In this document: piece after piece, positions 22,267-35,400 of the stretch | How the letters are laid out: each line of letters starts with the position of its first letter | How positions within the stretch are numbered: the stretch's first letter is position 1 | Origin: Ascoidea asiatica JCM 7603 | Lineage: Eukaryota; Fungi; Ascomycota | Assembly (NCBI GenBank): GCA_001600695.1 | Contig: BCKQ01000012.1 | Span: 89,440-153,439 of the forward strand | Length of the DNA stretch: 64,000 bases | Direction: 5' to 3' | Notes under the pieces: generated by a model | What the model saw: the letters and a program-made list of their open reading frames with translations, nothing else | Told to the model about the DNA's origin: nothing | Database searches by the model: none | Program-made: the position numbers and the translations under genes

Positions 22267-24519
22267 TCACCAATCACTATCTTTTTCTTTTAATTTTTTT
22301 TCATTTTCTGCCCAAATATCTGGAAAAATCAGCTGTATTTCATCTTCAATTCCAATATTTAAAGCAACTTCACTTGAATTTTCTTTTTGTTTAAATTCAG
22401 TCATTTCTCTTGTTAAATTAAATTCTTTCCAAATTTTCATATCATGACAAGCACCAATAAATGAACTACCACCTTCTTCAAATAATCTAACATCTTCTTT
22501 TTGAACATATTTACATTTATTTTCAGGAACCCAAAGTCTTAAATGATTTTTATAACTCCAACCATTATGTTTTGTTAAAGTATATTCATTAGAATATTCA
22601 TGATCTAAAACACCTTTTGTATCATAAGGTACAGTAACAATTTTACCTTCAAATAAAGATCTTCTTAAAGGTAATAATTCTTTTAAATTATAAAAATTTC
22701 CCAGACCAGTATTAATAAAAATTAAATCTTTTGAATTTTTAAATTTTGAATATCTTTCAGAATCTTTTGGAAAAATTTCTTTAATTTTTTCTGGTAAATT
22801 ATCAGTTTCACTTTCTACAACACCATTTAAATCAATAAAAACACCAGTTTTAATATCAATAAATCTTGCATCATTTGGTTCAGGAGATGCACCACCATCA
22901 TTTTTTCTTGCTCTTTCCATAAAATTTGGAGAAATATCTAAATAATATCTACCATGACCTTCAATTGGATCAGCAATTATTAAAGTATTATTAAAAACAT
23001 TTGCTAATCTTATCATATCTTCAGCAGGTAATTCAAAATGAATAATTTTATTCCATGCAGAAATTAAACCATTTCTTTGCCAACCAATTAAAGAATCTTG
23101 TGCTAACCATGAAGTTATACCTAAATTTAAAGAAGTTTGTAAAAAATTTCTAACTAATTTATGTAAAGCAATTTTATGTTGTGAAGTTGATAAAATTTGA
23201 GAAAAAAATCTCCAATCATATGGAGTTTCTTCAAAATTATCAATTTCATTAAATTTAATTCTTGAAGTAAAAAAATGATTAATATTTAAAATTCTATTTT
23301 GTTGAGATTTTTGAGATTTTTCAAAATTTATTGGAAATTTAAAAGAATTTTCATTAATATTAAGATAATTAAATTTTTCACTATTTTTATAATCAATTAA
23401 TGGTCTATTTAAAATTTTTGAAATTTTTAACATTTCATCAGTTTCATTTATTGGAATTTTTAAAATTTCATTAATTGAAATATTTAGTAAACTTGATTTT
23501 TTTTTTAAATAATTATCAATCATACCATTATTTAAAATTGAATTTTTATTTGAAATTTTTACAACAAAGGCTAATTCTCCAGCTAAAAAAATTAATTTTG
23601 AAGGTAATGGAGCTTTTGAATAAAGATAAGATTTAGATCTTATATTTAATCTAAATTCAGATTCACCAAATTCATTTGGATTATTAAATGAAAAACCAAG
23701 TGGAGATTGTGGATCATCAATACAACCATTCCAATTAATTCTTGAATTTTTTTTAAAAGTACCTAAAGCAGATAATCTAAAACAATTTGGTTTTTCAGAA
23801 ACTAATGGATTTAATAAAGATAAATCAATCCAATCTTGCCAAGAAAATTCTAATTCTGGTGGATTTCTTGGACCATGTTTTGTAATATCATAAATATAAG
23901 ATTCAATTAATGAAAAATAAGAAAGATAAGTATAATCATTTAAATGTTCAAATTTTTTTAAATTTAATCTATCATTTATATTTAAATTTAAATTATCATC
24001 TGAATTTGATAAATCATTTGAAATTTCATTTATATTATCATTTGAAATATCATTAGAATTAGAATTTTCAATTAAATTATCATTAAAACTTTCAATTGAT
24101 TCATCATTATTATTTAAATTATTGTTTATGTTATTAATAATATTTTTATTATCAATTTTAATATTATCTAATTTTTTTAAATTTGAAGAATATAAAATTT
24201 GATTTGAATTAATATTATTATTAAATGAATTATTATTAAATGGGAAATAATTATTATGAGATAAATAAAGGTAAAAAAAGATAAATAGAGAAGATAAGAT
24301 TATAAAAGATTTTAAATTTTTTAAAATATATTTAAAAATTTTTAATATTGAAAATTTCCTTTTGTTATTATTATTTATGATGTTATGATTATAATTTTTA
24401 TTTTTCAGAGGAAGTAAATAAGATTTTTCTATATCATTATTATTATTATTAATTTTTATATTATTTGAGAATGGTAGGTCTGAATTACTATTTCTCTCAG
24501 TTGGAGATCTTCTCATCAT
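22267..24519 (-). CDS. Mnn4/Mnn14-family (LicD/fukutin-like) type II membrane protein with degenerate catalytic motif
   Basis: Single N-terminal TM segment, FSWQDWIDLS, YDWRFF, DARFIDIKTGVFIDL, LLPLRRSLFEG, HLRLWV. Confidence 0.85.
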   Translation of the reverse strand: MMRRSPTERNSNSDLPFSNNIKINNNNNDIEKSYLLPLKNKNYNHNIINNNNKRKFSILKIFKYILKNLKSFIILSSLFIFFYLYLSHNNYFPFNNNSFNNNINSNQILYSSNLKKLDNIKIDNKNIINNINNNLNNNDESIESFNDNLIENSNSNDISNDNINEISNDLSNSDDNLNLNINDRLNLKKFEHLNDYTYLSYFSLIESYIYDITKHGPRNPPELEFSWQDWIDLSLLNPLVSEKPNCFRLSALGTFKKNSRINWNGCIDDPQSPLGFSFNNPNEFGESEFRLNIRSKSYLYSKAPLPSKLIFLAGELAFVVKISNKNSILNNGMIDNYLKKKSSLLNISINEILKIPINETDEMLKISKILNRPLIDYKNSEKFNYLNINENSFKFPINFEKSQKSQQNRILNINHFFTSRIKFNEIDNFEETPYDWRFFSQILSTSQHKIALHKLVRNFLQTSLNLGITSWLAQDSLIGWQRNGLISAWNKIIHFELPAEDMIRLANVFNNTLIIADPIEGHGRYYLDISPNFMERARKNDGGASPEPNDARFIDIKTGVFIDLNGVVESETDNLPEKIKEIFPKDSERYSKFKNSKDLIFINTGLGNFYNLKELLPLRRSLFEGKIVTVPYDTKGVLDHEYSNEYTLTKHNGWSYKNHLRLWVPENKCKYVQKEDVRLFEEGGSSFIGACHDMKIWKEFNLTREMTEFKQKENSSEVALNIGIEDEIQLIFPDIWAENEKKLKEKDSDW

Positions 24520-26168
24520 TATATTAAGTGATTATTAATGATTGATTGATGATTATGGATTGATGATGGATTGATGATGGATTGATTGAATATGAATGAG
24601 ATAGGTGATATGAACAAGGTGACGAAAAAACGCAAGCTATATAAATTGAGGTAGAATAAAAAAGAAATGAATTGAATGTAAAAGAAGTAGAAGAAAAATA
24701 AAAAAAAATGAATTGAATTATAATGAATGAAATAATAAATAATATATTATATATATATTATATGTTATATAATAAAGTATATAATAATGTTATTGATTAA
24801 GATACAAAAATATAAATGATTGAAGAAATAATAAAGATTAAAAAAGACATAAATTAAAATCGGATTGAATTTTATCCTTAAAATTTTTTTGAAAGTATAA
24901 TGAAATATAAGATTTTTTTCTAAGAATTCGAATAATTAAATATACAATAGATTATTTTTAACAATATGAATTGAATATTTTTTAAAAAAAAAATTGGAAT
25001 TTATTGAAATAATTGAAATTTATTGAAATTTATTAAAAAAATTGACATATACTTGAATATAATTTTATAAAAATATTATAAATTTTGAATAAAATGGTTG
25101 CATAAAGAGTACTTGTAATACCTAAATATTTCAAGTACCAAAATTTCTTTTATTAGTTTAAATTAAATTAAATTAAATTAAAATTAAAATTGATTAGATC
25201 ATGGTAAACTACATAAACTAGAGAAGCTAGATAAACTAGATGAATATCATTTTGAAATACCTGATTTCATTTATTATTTCCATAACCATTCCTATTTCTG
25301 TTTATATTTCTATTTCTATTCCTATTTCTATTTCTATTCCTATAAACCTTTATTTATTTTACTCTCAATTCCGATTTGATTCAGCAGAAGTCGGTGGTGG
25401 CTCTGGTGCTTCTCGCCCCCCGCCGACTACAGAAAACGTTTACAAACAAAGTTGAAACAGCAAAGGCAACAGCAAAAGCAACCACCACCGCGGATCACAA
25501 GTCACGTCACATGACCCGAACAAAGCAGTAAAATAGCCAGTTGTCTGGCATGGAATAAATAGATCGCATCCTGGAAATAGGACGAGGTGATCTGAGTGTC
25601 CGTGCCAAGGACAAAGACTGTCCTCAATCTATGGGTTTTAACCACCTTCAGAAACATGATAATGAAAAAGAAAGAATAATACCCCCAATTTATAGATTAT
25701 TGATTAATGAAGACATCCTTTCATTGTGAGTGAAAAGAGAAAACATCTAATCTACGATTACTTGAAATCAAATAAATATTGAATAAAACAATAAAACAAT
25801 AAAACAATTCAAGATTAGATTCTTCTTTTAAATATTCAACAAACAAAGAACAAAATTCATTTCAATTTATTTCAATTCCAATTTGAAAATTCAATAAAAC
25901 TTTAGGGCTATTTAATATTCAATCATGTGTTTAATACAAGCAACAACTTCGGATATAAAAACAGCAAACAAGTACCCGTTAATATATATTAAGTCACATG
26001 ACCATACTATTTCATTTTTCACTATTGATTTTATTACAATTTCAATTTACAATTCAATAAATGATTTAAAGGATATAATAATTTCTATTTAATTCAATTC
26101 AATTATCTTATTCAATTGATTCAAATAAGTTCAATTCATTAAGTTCTATTCAATTCAATTACTTCATA

Positions 26169-26927
26169 ATGTCATTATTTTCATCAGTTTCTTTAAATTA
26201 TTTTAGAATTTCTTGGTTATTATCAATTGCATTTTTTATAATTAAAGATCCAAATAATTTATTATTAAATAATTATGTAATAATAATTGGTAAAGCTTTA
26301 GATGTACCAATTATTGATAATTTATCTTTTAATAGTAATGAAAATTTACTTGGTTTATTTTCAATATTATTTATTTATTTAGCTTTATCTGATTTAATTA
26401 TAATAACTTCATTATTAAATGTACCTTTAATTAAAAATTTAAATTCAAAAATTCCAACAATTATTATTGATGATAATCAATCTACAACATCAAATAATAA
26501 TAATAATAATATTAATGAAGATAATGATTATGTACCAATAAAAACTTCAAATAAATTATATTATGTTTATTTTGAAAATATTATACCTTTTAGATTATTA
26601 ATTTTATTTATTTTCACCATTTATTCATATCTTGGTAATAATTATTATTTTACAAATAATTTAATAATAATTTTTTCATTTATTGAAATTTGGTTTAATT
26701 ATATGATTTATAATTCTTTAAGAGAAGAAAAAGAATTAAGAATTAGAAATTTTGGTAAAGATTATATTTATGAAGAAGAAATTGATGATTTAAAATTTCA
26801 AAATTCAAAAAATTATAATAATAACATCAATAATGATGACTCAAGTAGTGATAGTGATAGTGATGAAGATAATGTTTTAACTAAAAAAGATATTGAAGAA
26901 AGAAATATGGATAGAGTTATTCTATAA
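26169..26927 (+). CDS. ILM1: Ilm1-family membrane protein
   Basis: Four TM segments, LALSDL, YFENIIPFRL, FSFIEIWFNYMIYNSLREEK. Confidence 0.8.
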   Translation: MSLFSSVSLNYFRISWLLSIAFFIIKDPNNLLLNNYVIIIGKALDVPIIDNLSFNSNENLLGLFSILFIYLALSDLIIITSLLNVPLIKNLNSKIPTIIIDDNQSTTSNNNNNNINEDNDYVPIKTSNKLYYVYFENIIPFRLLILFIFTIYSYLGNNYYFTNNLIIIFSFIEIWFNYMIYNSLREEKELRIRNFGKDYIYEEEIDDLKFQNSKNYNNNINNDDSSSDSDSDEDNVLTKKDIEERNMDRVIL

Positions 26928-26981
26928 TTTACTTATTTATATTCTATATTCTATATTATATAACTAACTACCTTTAAAATT

Positions 26982-27018
<37 letters not shown>

Positions 27019-27265
27019 CATATTATCATATTATCATATTATCAGTGTAGATTTATTTATATTCAATACCGAATTTAATCTTTGTTAACAAATTCAGGGT
27101 TAACTACGGTCACATGACATCTACTAAATACTAAAACAATTCCTATTTCAATTGATAAGATACCATAAACTGAAATAAATCTACTTAATCAAATATATAT
27201 TTATATCAATATAGTAAGTAATTCAAATAAATAATATAATAATAATCATATCAATTACAATTAAA

Positions 27266-28888
27266 ATGGAATCAAAAACTCCATATTTATCTTTTCAATT
27301 ACCAAAATCTTTAAAATATATTTTAAATTCATTAACAAAAGCAAATGAATTATTTAATTTTAATAAAAATTTAATTTCATATTTTTGTGGTTTATATTCA
27401 ATTGAAGAATTAATTTCAATCATTACAAATTTTAATAATGAATCTAATGAAAATAATAATAATTGTAATCAATTTAATTTAACTAATGATGAAATTAAAA
27501 ATATTGAAAATTTTGCAATAAAATTATTAAAATTTTTAGAAATTCAAAAAATTCAATTATTTAAATCTGATATAAAAAATGTTAAAATTCCAATAAAAGA
27601 GAAAAAAAATTTAAAAAATAAAGTTCAATTAATTGATATTGATGATGAAGATGATAATGAAGATAATGATCATAATATGAATAGTAATGAAGATAAAGAT
27701 GAAGAAATTTTAGAAAAAAAAATCTCAAAATCTGAAAATGAAGAAGAATTAAATAATTTACAAATTATTTCAAAATCTTTTACAAATAAAGAAATTTTAT
27801 CTTCTGAAATTCTTAGTAAAAATTCAATTTTAGAATTTGCTGATAATATATTAAATTCATGTATAAAACAAATTGAAAATTTAAAAATTAATAAATCAAC
27901 TCCACAATCTTTATTAGCATGTTCAACATTTTTAGAAATTTCAAAAAAATTATTTCCTGATTCAATTGTTATTAAAGATAATAGTGAAGAAAATGATTTA
28001 TTCCCTTTAATGATGGATGAAGAAATTACTTTTAAAATAAAATATTGTAAAATTATAGCTATAAAAATTTTAAAAACTTATAAAAATAAAGATGATCCAA
28101 ATTTAGAACCTTTTATAAATGATTTTCAAAATATGGTTATAAATATTAAACCAATATCAAATGAAGAAATCTTAGATACTATACAAAAATCTTTACAAAT
28201 ACAAGATTCAAATGATGAAAATGATATTATTAATAATGACAATGGTCATAAGAATTCTGATATAAATAATGATACAAAAAGTGAAAAGGATAGTGAAAAG
28301 GATAGTGATAATGATAGTGATAAAGATACAAATATCAATAATGAAAATGATATCAATTCAAAACCAAATGATTTTGATGAAAGTTTTTGGAAAAAAAATT
28401 TAAATGTTTCAAATTTACCTTCAATTGATAATGATTTACTTTCAATTTCAAATAATAAAGATATTTCTGAAATTCCTTCATTACCAAAATTTATTGAAAG
28501 TGATGAAGAATCAATCAAAGATAATAAAAATAAAACTTCTGGAAATATAAGTTTTTCAGATGATGAAATAGAAAATGAAGATGATAAAAATCAAGAAGAA
28601 GAATCCGAAGAAGAGTATGAAGATGAAGAAGTAGAAGAAGATGATGAAGAAGAAATTGAATATAATAATAAAAAAACTAATATTTCAAAAATACAAAAAA
28701 TAAATACAAAAAAATATAATGAAAATAATATTGAAGAAATGATGGTTGATGATGAATTAATAACTTCTGCTCAAAGAAGTTCAAAATATGCAGTAAGTGC
28801 TTTAAATTATGATGATGTTGATACTGCTATTAAAGAACTTAAAAATGCTCTTAAATTATGTGAAGAATTTAAATCTAGACATCCATAA
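27266..28888 (+). CDS. VTA1: Vta1, the Vps4 cofactor of the ESCRT pathway
   Basis: N-terminal MIT-like region (ISYFCGLYSIE, KIKYCK) and C-terminal VSL motif AQRSSKYAVSALNYDDVDTAIKELKNALKL. Confidence 0.9.
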   Translation: MESKTPYLSFQLPKSLKYILNSLTKANELFNFNKNLISYFCGLYSIEELISIITNFNNESNENNNNCNQFNLTNDEIKNIENFAIKLLKFLEIQKIQLFKSDIKNVKIPIKEKKNLKNKVQLIDIDDEDDNEDNDHNMNSNEDKDEEILEKKISKSENEEELNNLQIISKSFTNKEILSSEILSKNSILEFADNILNSCIKQIENLKINKSTPQSLLACSTFLEISKKLFPDSIVIKDNSEENDLFPLMMDEEITFKIKYCKIIAIKILKTYKNKDDPNLEPFINDFQNMVINIKPISNEEILDTIQKSLQIQDSNDENDIINNDNGHKNSDINNDTKSEKDSEKDSDNDSDKDTNINNENDINSKPNDFDESFWKKNLNVSNLPSIDNDLLSISNNKDISEIPSLPKFIESDEESIKDNKNKTSGNISFSDDEIENEDDKNQEEESEEEYEDEEVEEDDEEEIEYNNKKTNISKIQKINTKKYNENNIEEMMVDDELITSAQRSSKYAVSALNYDDVDTAIKELKNALKLCEEFKSRHP

Positions 28889-29090
28889 TAATTGTATAAA
28901 AATAAATATATTTGACACTTTAAGATAAGAAGATAATGAAAAATAAGTAAAAACGAAACTGTAATAAATCGAACATAACAATTGTTTATTAAAGGAAGAA
29001 GATTTCCGGTAGAGCCCTAGTTCAGAATGTGCTCAGGGCTCTTAGGGTAAATCATAAAGGTACCATGCTTGTGGTCTCATTTAACGGCCG

Positions 29091-29151
29091 ACGCGTAAAA
29101 GTTGAAAATTACAGTAATTTCAATTAAAAAAATGAATTTCTCGAGTCGCGT
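29091..29151. promoter_or_regulatory. MCB-like elements upstream of the MMS22-like gene
   Basis: ACGCGT at 29091-29096 and TCGCGT at 29146-29151. These are rare words in this AT-rich background and fit a replication-stress gene. Confidence 0.55.
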
Positions 29152-29478
29152 TTTGTGAAAGAAGAAAAAAAATACCTTTTTCAGTAGCAGTTGGAGATGA
29201 AATATTTCAGATGAATGCAATCGAGATACTAGAAACTTGTTCAATCTGATCAAAGTAGTTCTTCTGATTTAATATTTCCCTTCAGATCAATCATATTTGA
29301 AGAATAAAACAATAGGATTATACAAAATACAAGACGAAAAAAGAAATACTTCAAGATTCAAAAAGATTTCAAACTAAATTGATCTTTAAATATTTTAAAT
29401 CAAAGTAATTATTATATATTATCTATTTATTTTAATTAAAATTTAATATCAAATGACTTTCATGATAATGAAAACCAT

Positions 29479-32400
29479 ATGAGCTCAAATATAAATAATA
29501 AAATTTTAAATTATGATTCAATTTCAATACCTGATGAGGATTATGAATATTTCGATATTGAGAAAAATTTAGATTTTAAAATCAATTCAATTGATATAGA
29601 TTATGAATTATTAGTTAATCAAATTTATAAAAATTTTAATAAAATTAAAAATAAACAATTAAATACTCAATTGAATAATGATGATATTGGAAATTTATTA
29701 AATAAAGCTTATAATGAAGTTTCAATTAAAAAACATAATAATATTTCATTAATCAATGACTTAAATAATGAAAATATTATTGATATTGAGAGTGAGTTAA
29801 AAGCATCTGAAAATCATTTAGAAGATGATGATGTTCAAGATATTCAGCAAAATAATCAAAATCTCCAAAAGATACCTCTGAACGATGTTGATTCTCAAAA
29901 ATTGGACTCTCAAAGTAAAAATGACCTTGATCAATTAGAAAAATCTTTAAATTTTCCAAAAAATTTAAATATTCTACAGCAAACAACTAATACAAATATT
30001 CAACCACAACCGACAACTTCAAATCCCTTAATTCAATCTTCCCAAGCAATTACAGTTCCTAACAATACAAGTAGTATGAGCATAAACAAAAATGATAATC
30101 CAAATGAAAATGGAAATATATCTACCAATATCAATCATAGAAATCTTAGTGATGATGATTTTGAAGTTATTGAAAAATTTAAAGATGATTATGAATCAAA
30201 TAGTCTTCCAATGAAAAGACGATTAAGGTCAAGAAAACCAATACAAATATTACCATATTCAATTGAATATAAACAATATGATTTATCAAGTAAAGGTGAT
30301 GAAGAAAAAGCAAATTTATTAGAATTAGCTGCTCATGAACTTAATCCTAAATTATTAGAATCTTTAAAAAAAGAATTGGAAGAAGAAGAATTTCAAAGAC
30401 AAGAACATAAAAAAAATCAAATTGAAGAAAAAAAAAAATTATCTGAAGAAAAACAAAAATTGATTGAAGAAAAGAAAAAATTAAGACTTGAAAGAATTAA
30501 AGAAAAAGAATTAGAAGATGAATATAAATTGCAAAATCAAATTTTAATTCAAAATGGTATAAATAACTCAAAAAATAATGAAAATCAAATTAATAAAAAT
30601 AATAAAAAAAAGTATAAGAAACGTAAAAAACATAAACCAACCATTTTTGACGATGAAGAATTTTTCAATAATCCAGAATTACTTCACTTAGCAAATAAAA
30701 AATTAAAACAACTTAATCTATTTTCTGATGATGATTCAAGTTCTGATACAAATTCTTTATCCTTAGATTCTGATAATTTATCTGATAGTTCTATAGAATC
30801 TTTAATAAAAACAAAATCTATAACTGAATTTAATAGAGATTTAGAGAAAGAGATGGATAATGATCAAGAAAAACTTCCTTCTTTGAAAAAACTTAACTTA
30901 AATTATACAAAATTTGATATCAATGATAAGAATAATAAAAAAAAAGAAAATCCTAATAATTTTCGAATGGAATCTAATGATGAATTTGATTTTGATAACA
31001 ATTTTGAAGATAATAACATCTTTGATGGAAATAATGGTAATTTGGACCATGTAAATAGAATAAATTCAAATATTTCTGCTGAGATCGATTCCGAAAATGA
31101 GACTTTACCAACTTTAAGAGAAATAAATATTTCTTCTTTCAATGATTCTAGTTTTTCAAAATCCTTTTCACTTTCGAACTCGTATTTAAGTGATAATGCT
31201 AGTGACAATGAAGGTGATATTGAAGATGATATTGAAGATGAGCTCATTGATTATATTAATAATACAGACAATATTATGAAAGAGCCACAGATCAATTTAG
31301 ATGCTACTATAGAATCTGTGGAAACCATAAGAAATAAAAAGCATAGTAATAGAAAAACAAAGGGATATTCTACCTCAAAGGATGATGAATTTGACAATGG
31401 GGAAGCTACTGTTGCTTCAAATGTTATAACAAACCTCTTACTTGGAACTAGATCTAGATTATTAACAAAAAAGGAACTCAGATCAAAGGTGAAAGCTGCA
31501 AGGTCTGTTTTACCTGCATCTTATTGGACTGGTTTAAAAGATGACAAAGAAAAAAAAAGTTCTAAACCTTCTTTGAATTTCCGTCGTTCATTTGTACCTA
31601 GGAAAGGGTTAGCTAAAACAATCAAGAACAATAACCTCGCCACTGTAAAAGGTAATACTAAAGATGAATTAATGAAAGAATTTGGGAAAGATATTGGAAG
31701 TGAGTCGGAAAATGATCAAGAAAATAATTCATTGCTTAGAGATTCTATGGACGAAGAACAGCAATATTATGATGAGGCTGCTTTATCTGAGAAAAACGCG
31801 ACGATAAAAAATTTCAGTGAAATTGATAGTAAAAAAATAATTGGAAATGAAACAAATTCAAATATCAACTTTTCAGACAAATTACATGAAATTATAGATG
31901 TTACAGATTTTTCCGACGACCAGGAGTGTAGAGAATCTCTGCATACAGGTTTTGATAAAATGTTAAGTTCAAATTCACACACTCTAGCTAGAAGTCGAAA
32001 TAAAACCAAAGGGAATACAAAAAAAAATAAACAAAGCATACCGAAAGGTAAAATTAAGGTAGCTATTGAAGCTAGAAGTAAGCCAACAGGGAAACGAACA
32101 AGTTTCAAAATTCAAAAGCCAAACCTTAAAACGAGACAGCCACATTGGATTGATAAATTTCTTCCGTCTTCTCATATGAAAGTTTTTTCTGCAAAAACTG
32201 CTGATTCGAATTCTTCGGCTTATAAAAATGGAGTGTCTTCTTACCACAAACCCAAGTATAAAGGTAATTCTCGTAATTCTGGGTTGTGGATGACCAATGA
32301 TATCGAGCATGATAACATTGATTTGGAAAATGAAGGGAAGACTGGTCAATATCCCGAGCATATTGAAAATGAGGAAGACATAACTGAGCTTAATTATGAT

Positions 32401-35400
32401 GAGTTTATAAATGATCCATTACAAGAGAATTCGATTTCTGAAAACAATTTTGCTTCAAATAATAAAAATCTGCATGTAAACAACAATCAAACTCGAGAAG
32501 CTGATATTATAAATTTAATGAAGCCTCGTTACTTCACAACTCAGATCGAAGAAGCAAGTGGACAATATGTTGCTGTGAGATCGAAGCAAAATAATATACC
32601 TAATATGGGATTGGAAGAAACTTTTCATAAAGAGTTTTCAATTACAGCTCTTTTGAAAAGTTTCAGTAAAACCTTGATAGAGGATCAATTTGAAAATATC
32701 AGTGGAATAGAAGAAAATATATTTAAACCCTTGAAATTTCATAGATCTAAATCTGGTAGTTTGCTTAATGAGCAATTTATGAAAGAGATATTTTCAATGA
32801 ATGACCCGGCGAAAGTTTTTAAAAGTATACCTCAGGTGAGCTTCTCTGGGAATATAGAGCAGCTATTGTTAGATGTTATTTCCATTTACCAATCAAAGGA
32901 AAATCTTTTCAAAAAAGAATATTTTCAAAATGTTTTTATTTCTTTCAAGCAAATATTATTATCCATTTACCAGTTGAAAACCAATTACGAGACTGAAGGT
33001 AACATATCAAAGCTTGAACAAAACTGTCTCCTGTTTTTAAAGTATGTGTCACAATTTGTTCAATATCTAAAAAGATTAATAGATAAAATCATACCTGAGC
33101 ATAAGCGTATTTTCAAGTATTTCTTTATTTTTGCCATATCACAATGCTTCTTGATGTATTGGGAGCTTTATCAAATAATGTTTGTTGTTCCTGTATTGGA
33201 TCAAAGCAAAGGCACAAATTCTGATAACAGAAAAAGAACATTTACTAGAACTTTTGAGAAGGATTTCAGAGATTTATCGAATATTTTGTTTAATTTTTTG
33301 GTTTGTTACTGTGATCCAGTTTTACTATTTTCGGAATTCATTGATTTCGAGGAACTTACTCCAATTCATGATTGCTTTTATATTATTAAATGGTCTATTT
33401 CTGCTCTTGAAAAATACAAAAAAATAGATTCATTGAAAAACTTGTCATTTTATGGATTGTATAATAAATTTTGGGATAACTTTACTGGGATTGAAAATGC
33501 TCAAAAAAAATTTGATTTTATGTACCTTTTCACTTCAGTTTCTTTACAGGATGCACCTGCTGAGCCAGTCTTTAACGAAGGTAAATGGGAGTTACTTAAT
33601 AAATCTATTGGGTTGTTTGTAAATAGAATACAGAGAGGAAATAGAATAATCGGCAGTCCAAGAATGTATGAAAAATACAAAAACTTTTTCAAGAATATAA
33701 TTCTTTGTATTGATCAGTTTCAGTTTGTTCCAACTAAAAATTTGATCAAAAGCATATTTCGGTTGTTAAAGGCAAGTGATTTTCGGAATTTTGAGGAGGA
33801 GAAATATAATCTTAAAATCTTTAGTATTAATGATACTTTTTATATCGATGGAAGACTTAAAGAACGAAGTAACTTTATAACGAATTTTATTAAAATCCTA
33901 ATAAAATTTCGTCATGAGGTCAACAAACATGAGAAAAATAAAGTCAAAGTGCTAAGAAATGTTTGTCAATTTATTGAGCCAACAACTGGAATAATCTCAA
34001 GAGATGATGGAAAGTCGATGATTGATTTTTTACCAGATTTCATCAATAGAATGAACATATACTTGGCTATCACATTCATATCAAAGTCAGATTATTCTAA
34101 ACAGTTGATTGAAATTACTAACACATTGACTAATGGGCAAAACGATTTAAACATTTTTAAAAAGTGTTTTGAGGTATTGATGAGTTTTTCTGTTATTAGA
34201 TTTTCAGCAGGAGCTATAGAAGAAATGAGAAGTAACATTTTTGAAGAATTAATAAGAAAAATTGTACTAAATGTGAACAAGTCTTTCTTGCAAAATTTGA
34301 AGCAGATCAATATATTGGCAGGAATACTCTCAAATTTTTTATCGAATTTTGGGTCTTATTTATCAACAATGAAAAAGGATAATAAAATTCTTGAGTTTTT
34401 TTTTAGCACAATTCCCATGATTTTGAAGTTACCACTTTTTGAGTATGTTGGATTCAAAACAATAATTTCTAATCTTTATTATATTTTTGAGTTAATATCT
34501 TCTAAAGTTCCAGTAATGATAGAAGAATGGAAAAATAATCGATTGATGTCTGGTAGGATTGAAGAAATTGGGAAAAGGTTCGAAGAAGTTCAGAGTCAGT
34601 TAGTACATTTAATAGAATCTTTTTTTAAAAAAGTTACTTTCAAAAATGATAAGGCTTTACTAAAGTTTTATGACTTCTATTTAGAAAGAGTTATAGATGT
34701 GTTGGGAAATGTTTCTAATATTTTAGTGAGGAGTGAAGTTAAAAATTGGGATTCATTAGTTGAGATTACCTGGAAAGGATTATTTCCTCAGGCTTCATCT
34801 AATTCCCTTTTAACTGTGGCGAGTTTGAAGGCTCATTATGATATTTTTTGGTTTTCTAAAGTTATAGAATTCAATAATATCGAGCAATTTTTGAGTATGA
34901 ATCAGATAACTTTGATTAGTCCCTTATTTTATTATTTCATTCAAAATAATCGAGATAAAGGGTTCAATTATTTGGTTTTACTTAAAAAGAAGGATATACA
35001 CAATTCATTAAGACCACTAAGACTTAGTTCTGATAAATTTTGGATCAATATGTCTTTTGGTCAATTTAAAATACAAAAAATGGGTATTATTTATAACATT
35101 TTAACTAATCTTATCAATGATCATTCTTATATTTCAGAAGGATTAATTAAAGAGTTCATGAAAACTCTAAGATTATATTATCTTGAAGTTGAAGGAAGAG
35201 TATTAGAATCCAGTAAATGTCGAGAATTTTGCAAAGACATTCTCAACTTTTTATCTTATTCATCCACAATTGATGAGGGAAAAAATCAAACTTCTTTTTC
35301 TCTTTTCAAGTCTTATGATTACCATTTTCTAAGGGAAAAGCTTAATTTGGAGGCGGATATTAATATTTTTGAAAATCAATTAAAATTTAAAATTTTTTCT

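Noticed and set aside
21090-22447. Several Phe/Leu-rich short ORFs
   Set aside because: Expected from T-rich or A-rich skewed UTR-like sequence; no homology cues.
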